From the NCBI GenBank assembly GCA_963833425.1, contig CAWHXP010000008.1, positions 574,526 to 638,525 of the forward strand: a DNA stretch of 64,000 nt. Reading direction: 5' to 3'. The DNA is from an uncultured Methanosarcinaceae archaeon (GTDB taxonomy: Archaea; Halobacteriota; Methanosarcinia; Methanosarcinales; Methanosarcinaceae). Positions 57,430 to 64,000 of this stretch are shown piece by piece. The notes below the pieces were generated by a model. That model was not told the DNA's origin. It worked only from the letters and a program-made list of their open reading frames with translations, and did not search any database. A program made the translations under genes and the position numbers. Position 1 is the stretch's first letter; each line of letters opens with the position of its first letter.

Positions 57430-58110
57430 AGTATTAATGGTAGTTTATTGAAGACAAACTAGCTAAAATTGATTCCTTAATAAATTGGAAAGCTTTAGTA
57501 TCATTTTTGAGTCCATTTTTAACAAAATCATTTTTGGATGCAGACCTGCTACTGAAGTAATCATTATATTCATTATCTTTAAAATGCTTGTTTTACAGCA
57601 ATGGTACTGTCTTTCCGACTTTGACTTGAAACACAATGCATTGATCAAATTTCATTCATAAAAATTCTTGATTTTTCTGATTACATACCCAAAAGTACCA
57701 CAATATGGTCACTCATAAAAATAATTAATAATAAATGCAAAGAAGAAGAAATATGAGGATAGTTAAAAAGTCAACTTAAGTGCCTTGATTTTGAAAATAA
57801 AAAAAGGATTTATTCAGGAATCTACTTTTATCGATTCATATACTGGATAAGCAAAGTCGGATAAACCTCGCGAAAATGAAGCAAGAACAAGGGGAAGAAG
57901 CGAAGGAACCTGAACAAAGAAGGGTGAAAAGTCATACTTTGGATATGAACTTCATAGCATAATAGACAGAGAGCATGAGCTAATCAGAAGATTCAAAAAA
58001 ACAACTAAATCACTTCATAGTTCAAAGGTAAATTTATCAGAAAAAAATGAAGTGATTATATAGACAATGGATACTTTCAGCAAAATCAAAATGTTTTGAA
58101 AGAACATCAA
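57430..58110 (+). mobile_element. Degraded IS5-family remnant
   Basis: DKLAKIDSLINWKA, KMLVLQQWYCLSD, KSYFGYELHSIIDREHELIRRFK match the 44071-45202 element. Confidence 0.7.
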
Positions 58111-58833
58111 ACTTTTTGTTAAAAGCACTTATATTTCATATTTTGCTCTATTAATTCTTATGGAGATTTAATCCCTAGTTAGCAAACTTATTAATAAAAA
58201 TTCAAAGTAATCTGTGCTTCTAGATCTCACTTCCAACAACTGAGTTTTACCTAATATATATCATGATTGACTAAAATTTCAATATTTATTAACCTGTCCA
58301 CGTATTTGAAAGAGCTTCAACTTGTTTCAATACTAATTCTACAGCAATTGCATCCTTAGCTGGAACAATATCTGACAATACGGTGTTCGGGTTTAAAATT
58401 TCAGGAGTCATAATCCCGGTTTTAGATGATATCATAGCTAATATAATAACAATAGCTGAAAATGAAGGCTTTTAAACTCTTGTATTAGACAAACACATAT
58501 TAGGAGAGTTGGAAAAGCTTGATCAGCGGATACTTTTATTCTGCTGGGAACCCTTGAAGCTTGGGGGTTTCTAGCAGCTTCCATAACTTTTATACAGGGA
58601 AAGCTCTAACTGCCTTAGCTATCAAGGTGCCGTATCACATGCCAAAGTCTATGGAGTTCTGATCCGATCAGCAGTGGACACCTATCATTTCGATCTGCTC
58701 AAGACTCTTCATCAACCTATGCCCCTGAACCTAGCTGAAGAGAAAAGGCTGTAGGAAAAATTGATGAGATGGATAACCTACAAGAACAGGATAATGCTCC
58801 ATCATACGCATACGATCAAATCAATCCTTAATT

Positions 58834-59420
58834 TTATGCTCCATTAACTGTAAATGCTGCCCAATAATATGGGTGCTGGAAAGGCTTCTCTTCTGGAGAT
58901 TCTTTGGCCATTTTGAGATATCGTTCCCTATATTGTTCTATGAATTCCTTGCTCTTGCCTTCCAATTTACCCAAAGAGTAGCATTTTTCCACATAATCTC
59001 TCACCTGATTAGAAGTAAGATCTCGGACCCAGAGTTAAGCTTCCTGCAATGCCAAGGGAATATCCATTCCACTAACAACATGATTAGAATAGAACCGTTC
59101 GATCAGTATGGCTGTGAAGATATCCGGAACTGAGCAGATACTGACTATCACGCATGGACCACTTGCAAGCATAACCCTGCAAGTATGCTAACACATTCAT
59201 ATACCTTTAACATTGGTAATCCCTTCTTGCAGACAGAGAGTATCACCAATCTCGCAGTACTAACGGGATGAAGTCCACAAAATCAATTCTAAAATCTCTA
59301 AAGTGATTTTAGACCGCATTTCTATTAGATGGTTTAGCAACCGTGGCAGAGATCAAGGAGAAATCGTAATTGTGATAGATACCATGACATGAATAATGAC
59401 GTTTTCTGTGGAATGCTTGG
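58834..59420 (-). pseudogene. CHAT-domain (caspase-like protease) C-terminal remnant
   Basis: HYSCHG (59398-59381), RLVILSVCK and terminal EKPFQHPYYWAAFTVNGA*; frameshifted. Confidence 0.72.
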
Positions 59421-60131
59421 CAGTAGCTTTTTATTTTAGATTCTTCTCTAATTTCGAGCTTTTTATTTGAATTAATAAATTTAATTTGGTATTATTGGTA
59501 TTATTTAATGAATAACTCGAATTAATTTTTGGATTATTTCGCTAATTAGTATCTAAATTTGGCTTTATTTAAGAATCAATTTTGATGAAAACTGATACCT
59601 CAATATTTTTGAAGAATCGATAAAGTAAGTTTAAGTTTTAAATTCCAAGAAAAGCGATTTAATAGCAAGAATTATACCCTGATGGGAGGGGCTCTACATC
59701 AATTTTCATCATTTTTTGCACCATTACCCTCATCACAAGCTTAAAAGTATATAAAAACCATATTTATCTGATTTTAAACAAATTTTATTCTCAATGTAAC
59801 TAAGTACTATCTGCAGAGTTTGTTTCTAATTACCCATATCAAAATTTTAAACTGATATTTTTAGGTCAAGTTATTGATCTGTCAGATTGGTTTTCAACGT
59901 TACTTTACATCTACATGTCTGTCATCAGGATTACAAGGTTTAGTTAAATTAATTAAACAGTCGCTGATGTTATATTAAAATCTATAAGATTTGTTAGTAT
60001 GGATTAAACATTCAACATTTGTGGACCTTATCTCTTGAATTATACATTATTAACTGGATATTTTAGAAGGCACTTGTAGTAAATTATATATATTATTAAC
60101 TAGGTAATAGGTTACTGTATTCCTCAATAAT

Positions 60132-60205
60132 GTATTCGTGATTCTAAAAACCATTAAGCATAGACCAGTTGGGAAATTGTAGCAAGATATGGTCTTATGG
60201 ATTAA
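60132..60205 (+). pseudogene. nifH: 3' remnant of the nitrogenase iron protein gene
   Basis: FVILK/PLSIDQL/EIVARYGLMD* resembles the recalled methanogen NifH C-terminus; lies immediately before the nifI1 remnant. Confidence 0.55.
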
Positions 60206-60222
60206 TTTCATTGGCAGACCAA

Positions 60223-60500
60223 GTAAAAATGATGAGGGTCATAGTACGTTCTGACTGGATGGAATATATATTGCCGGACTGGCAGAATCTTGGCATTATC
60301 TATGGGAAAATATTTTCGGCAGAGGAAAGTAAAACTGGATTACTGCTAATGATATGTATTATGATAGGCTCTTAAAAAATTGATCATGATGTTTGTGAAA
60401 GATGAAGTCGTCGACGAAGTAATAAAAAGCATTTTCAGATATACAAAATGGGGGATTATGGACGCAGAAATGATCCTAATAGACCCATTGCAACGAGAAG
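60223..60500 (+). pseudogene. nifI1: P-II nitrogenase regulator NifI1 remnant
   Basis: KMMRVIVRSDW / GLAES / IFGRGK*NWITANDMYYDRL / LIMMFVKDEVVDEVIK match the recalled NifI1 pattern VFGRGKQKGITVGD.HYDEL.K.MIMM.V.DE.VD.VI. Confidence 0.7.
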
Positions 60501-60592
60501 GCATCTCGTAATTATATATCTACTATGAAATCTAGATAAAATAACCGCGTCTTAATATAAATGCAAAATCTGAATTAATATAGAGGGAAATT

Positions 60593-61420
60593 ATGAGAAA
60601 AAATTTGCTTCTTCTGCTAGTATTATTAAGTGTGTTCCTTGCAATAGGATGCGTTGGTAATAAAAGTGAATATCCAAATACAACAGGAACTCCAGTTACA
60701 ACAACAACTTCAGCTACAGTAATACCTGAAGTTATAACAGTTTCTGGGGCTGCCAGCCTTACCGAAGCTTTCACGAAAATTGCTTCCCAGTTTGAAAAAG
60801 AGAATCCTGGGACGAATGTAACCCTCAACTTTGGAGGGTCAGGTAACCTACGTATGCAAGTAGAAGGCGGAGCGCCTGTAGATGTTTTTGCCTCAGCTGA
60901 CGAGAATCAAATGAATATACTTAGCAATAAATCACTTATTGTAAACAGTTCACGAAAAGACTTTGCTCACAATTCGCTTGTGCTTATTGTCCCTCAAAAA
61001 AGTACCCTTACCATAGCCAACATAAAAGATCTGGCTAATCCTAAAATTCAGAGAATAAGTATTGGAAACCCTGATACTGTCCCAGTAGGCGAATATTCGC
61101 TCCTTGCACTGAATGAGGCTGGTTTGTGGAGTCAGCTAAAAAATAAAGCTGTACTTGCTGAAGATGTCAAACAAGTACTTGTATACGTGGAAAGAGGAGA
61201 TGTTGATGCAGGTTTTGTATATATAACCGATGCAAAGACTGCACAACCTGGGACTATAAAAATAATCACAAGTGTGCCTGTCAGTACCCCCATCAACTAT
61301 CCAATAGCTGTAGTTTATTCGTCTACGCACAAAGAAAAAGCCCAGAAGTTCATTGATTTCGTGATCGGGAAAGATGGACAAGACATACTTAGTACACATG
61401 ATTTTGTTCCTCAATCTTGA
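60593..61420 (+). CDS. modA: Molybdate ABC transporter substrate-binding lipoprotein
   Basis: Lipobox LAIGC, GAASLTEAF, FGGSGNL, GAPVDVFASA, GNPDTVPVG, DAGFVYITDA. Confidence 0.93.
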   Translation: MRKNLLLLLVLLSVFLAIGCVGNKSEYPNTTGTPVTTTTSATVIPEVITVSGAASLTEAFTKIASQFEKENPGTNVTLNFGGSGNLRMQVEGGAPVDVFASADENQMNILSNKSLIVNSSRKDFAHNSLVLIVPQKSTLTIANIKDLANPKIQRISIGNPDTVPVGEYSLLALNEAGLWSQLKNKAVLAEDVKQVLVYVERGDVDAGFVYITDAKTAQPGTIKIITSVPVSTPINYPIAVVYSSTHKEKAQKFIDFVIGKDGQDILSTHDFVPQS

Positions 61421-61606
61421 TAAAATATGAGACTTACGCATCTGAGAAGCAAAATTCAGCATAGCAAGCTTCACAGTTTAAATTGAAATTCAGTTAGTTA
61501 AAGCTTTTATGCTCATGATTCTCGGCTCAATTGCGGAAGTCTTAACTCTTTTATCACAAGATTTTGAACTCGAGTTATAGTTAGGATTAGGAAAGAGATG
61601 AAATAA

Positions 61607-61921
61607 ATGAAAGTCGCTGTCGTTTCAAGTGATGGCAAGGTTATCAATCAGCATTTTGGAAACGCATCTCGCTTTTTGATATTTGAAGTTAATGGCGGTG
61701 AAATACAATTCATAGAAGTTAGAGAGACTACACCTTTATGTGGCTCGGCAGATTACGGAAATAAAGATGACGTTTTGTGTGGGATAATTTATTTGATTAA
61801 AGACTGTGAAGCTGTGCTCTGTGCCAGAATCGGAAGAAAACCAAGAGACGAATTAAGAAAAAATGGAATTAACCCAATAGAGGATCCATATTTTATTCAT
61901 GAAGCTTTAAAAAATATTTAA
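61607..61921 (+). CDS. NifB/NifX-family Fe-Mo cofactor-binding domain protein
   Basis: KVAVVSSDG..INQHFGNASRFLIFEV, DCEAVLCARIG. Confidence 0.88.
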   Translation: MKVAVVSSDGKVINQHFGNASRFLIFEVNGGEIQFIEVRETTPLCGSADYGNKDDVLCGIIYLIKDCEAVLCARIGRKPRDELRKNGINPIEDPYFIHEALKNI

Positions 61922-62170
61922 CTTATGCAATTTAATTGAAAAACAATAGCATAAGCACCTAAATATATAAATCTCAATAATTTGTTGAGTAGAAAAATCT
62001 CTCACCGGAAGAACCCAACTACATACAGTACATAAAAATTTTACTTCGAGTTTACAGCAAATTCACGACACTACCAGCTTTCTAATAGCCATTTTCCCTA
62101 ATAGTTTAAAGTTGATACTATAATTAGTAGAATATTAATTCAAAAATTTATTAAATGGAATGAACAACAC

Positions 62171-62876
62171 ATGAAAATCCATTACATCCAGCATGTTGAA
62201 TTTGAAACTCTTGGAACTATCGCTCAATGGAGCGAAAAAAAAGGGGCACTCTTTATCGAGTACACATTTATACGCAGATGAGAGCTTTCCCAGTATGGAT
62301 AACTTCGATCTTCTCATAATTATGGGTGGACCGATGAATATTTATGAGTATGGAAAATATCCATGGCTGATTGAAGAAAAAAAGTTTATCGAAGAAACTA
62401 TCTCTGTAGGAAAAGCAGTACTCGGGATCTGCCTGGGAGCTCAGCTTGTTGCTGATGTCCTAAAAGCTGAGGTATTTAAAAACAATTATACGGAAATTGG
62501 ATGGTTTCCAGTGTTTACACTCAAACAAGCAAGATCCAAGGTTTCCTTTTTGGAAAATATTCCTGAAAAATTCATTGCTTTTCACTGGCATGGAGACACT
62601 TTTAATTTGCCTGAAGATGCAAAGAGACTTTTTTTAAGTGAAGCCTGTGGAAATCAGGGGTTTATTTATAATGATAGAGTAATTGGGCTCCAATTTCATC
62701 TGGAAATGAGCAACGAAACAATCGTAAACGCGATTGAAAATTGCAGTGATGAACTGGTAGATGGAAAATATATCCAGAAAGAAAAAGAAATGCTAAGTAA
62801 AGATACACTTCTTGCTGATTCAAGGCTATTAATGTTCAAATTACTGGACAATTTAGAAAAAATGATTGGATCTTAA
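62171..62876 (+). pseudogene. Class I glutamine amidotransferase, +1 frameshift in A8G4 (62235-62246)
   Basis: MKIHYIQHVEFETLGTI in one frame; IMGGPM, LGICLGAQL, HWHGDTF, LQFHLE in the next. Confidence 0.85.
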
Positions 62877-62979
62877 AAAGCAACTCAGTATTTGGCTAGG
62901 GAGCTGATATTTAATAAAACTTATTTTTAGATGTACAATCTGGTAAATTCGATAAAATGTAGAGGAAAGGTGTTCTTTG

Positions 62980-63512
62980 ATGGATCAGGTTCGCTATACT
63001 CAGAGAAATTGCACAGATCGGAAGAAAATCGAAACGTTTCTTTTGCGGGTTAGAACCGGCGTGCTTGGAATGACAAGTGATATTTTCCCATACGCTATTC
63101 CGGTGAATTATGTATGGTACAAAGGTTCTGTTTACTTTCATGGGATGGGTTCGGGTAAAAAGGAAAATATTTTTTCCCAGAATCCGTTCGTTTGTTTCAC
63201 AATATATGAGGAACATGGTACTGTACTCGATCCAGTGCCTTGCCACGCAGATACGGCATACATGAGCGTAATGCTTTTTGGAAAGGCGAAAAGGTGACTG
63301 ACCCTGAGGAAGCTAGCGAGACACTCCAAAAATTGGTTGAGAAATATATGCCAAAGTATTATAGTAATCCCTTAACCAGCACTTTGATTGAGAAATATCG
63401 CTCTTCACTTGATGGGAATGCGGTTTCGGTTTTTCGGATAACACCACAGGAAATGACAGCTAAAGAAAACTCAGTGGAATCTGATAAACTGTTGAACATA
63501 GAAACGCGGTAA
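62980..63512 (+). pseudogene. Pyridoxamine 5'-phosphate oxidase / NimA-like flavin-binding protein, frameshift at ~63288
   Basis: PYAIPVNYVW, VYFHG..GKK, VCFTI, YMSVMLFGKA continuing in another frame as EKVTDPEEA. Confidence 0.82.
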
Positions 63513-63559
63513 CAGTATGCTTTAGTTACATGAAACAAAGTCGCTTTAGAAATGTTTAT

Positions 63560-63956
63560 CCAACGCGCCTTTTTATTGTATACTCGACATCAGCAACAAC
63601 TGGATAGTGAAAGCTGTTCTAGGTTTGCTGGCAGGACTGCTTGAACATGTACTAGTGATGACTATTGGATGAAATATGATAGAAGACAAAAGGTACTTTC
63701 CATGATCGATAAAACATGATGTATGTGGAAAGTTTAAAATGAAAGAATGAGTTTTTAATCACTTTTATGTGTTCTGTCTTAAAACACAGTTTTTATCAAT
63801 TAACCAGCTAATAGTTGGCTTCAATAAATTGCTTCTATTAAATCATGAATCTCGGTAACGGTCTTTAAATCATGATCGTATTCCTTTCGCCTTGAACTCC
63901 GGTCTTGTAAAACAGGCAAATTCACCAAATATATGCAGGCAAACACCATAGCTCAT
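63560..63956 (-). pseudogene. cas5: Type I-C CRISPR-associated Cas5 (Cas5d) remnant
   Basis: MSYGVCLHIFGEFACFTRPEFK, then LIEAIY*/KPTISWLIDK and VVADVEYTIK in shifted frames; these are the Cas5d motifs ACFTRPE, EAIYWKP.I.W.ID and L.DV.Y.I in the correct order. Confidence 0.75.
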
Positions 63957-64000
63957 GTATATATCCGTTTTTCGGCTTAATATAAATATAGCTCCAAAGG

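Overview
AT-rich archaeal window whose gene content (MC1, DtdA, long GlnA, DGGGPS, AtwA plus methanogenesis markers 3/6/5/15/17/7, YVTN surface protein) points to a Methanosarcina-like methanogen; this is inferred, no search was run. The main feature is heavy genome decay. By my sum, intact CDS cover only about 40% of the window (about 44% if three genes broken by a single frameshift are counted). The long gaps hold recognisable wrecks: acyltransferase, ABC permease, pentapeptide-repeat protein, wHTH regulator, cysE-DUF59, USP, YVTN, DsrE, CHAT protease, the nifH 3' end plus nifI1 (scar of a deleted nitrogenase operon) and a type I-C cas5. There are also many dead IS5, IS6 and IS200/605 elements and MITEs. 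Intact modules include thiM-thiE, cysK, a LarE-like sulfur insertase, a coupled four-gene operon (permease-less ABC ATPase, HypB-like GTPase, Fe-S protein, DUF39/marker-16 metalloprotein), tusA-iscS(K->T)-iscU/DUF59, the MCR-activation marker cluster and an orphan modA. The best candidates for an uncharacterised system are the four-gene operon inside a ~18 kb sulfur-handling neighbourhood and a secreted Asn/Gly-rich protein made of eleven 11-aa repeats. No rRNA, tRNA or CRISPR array was seen. Homology calls are from motif recall and pseudogene boundaries are approximate.
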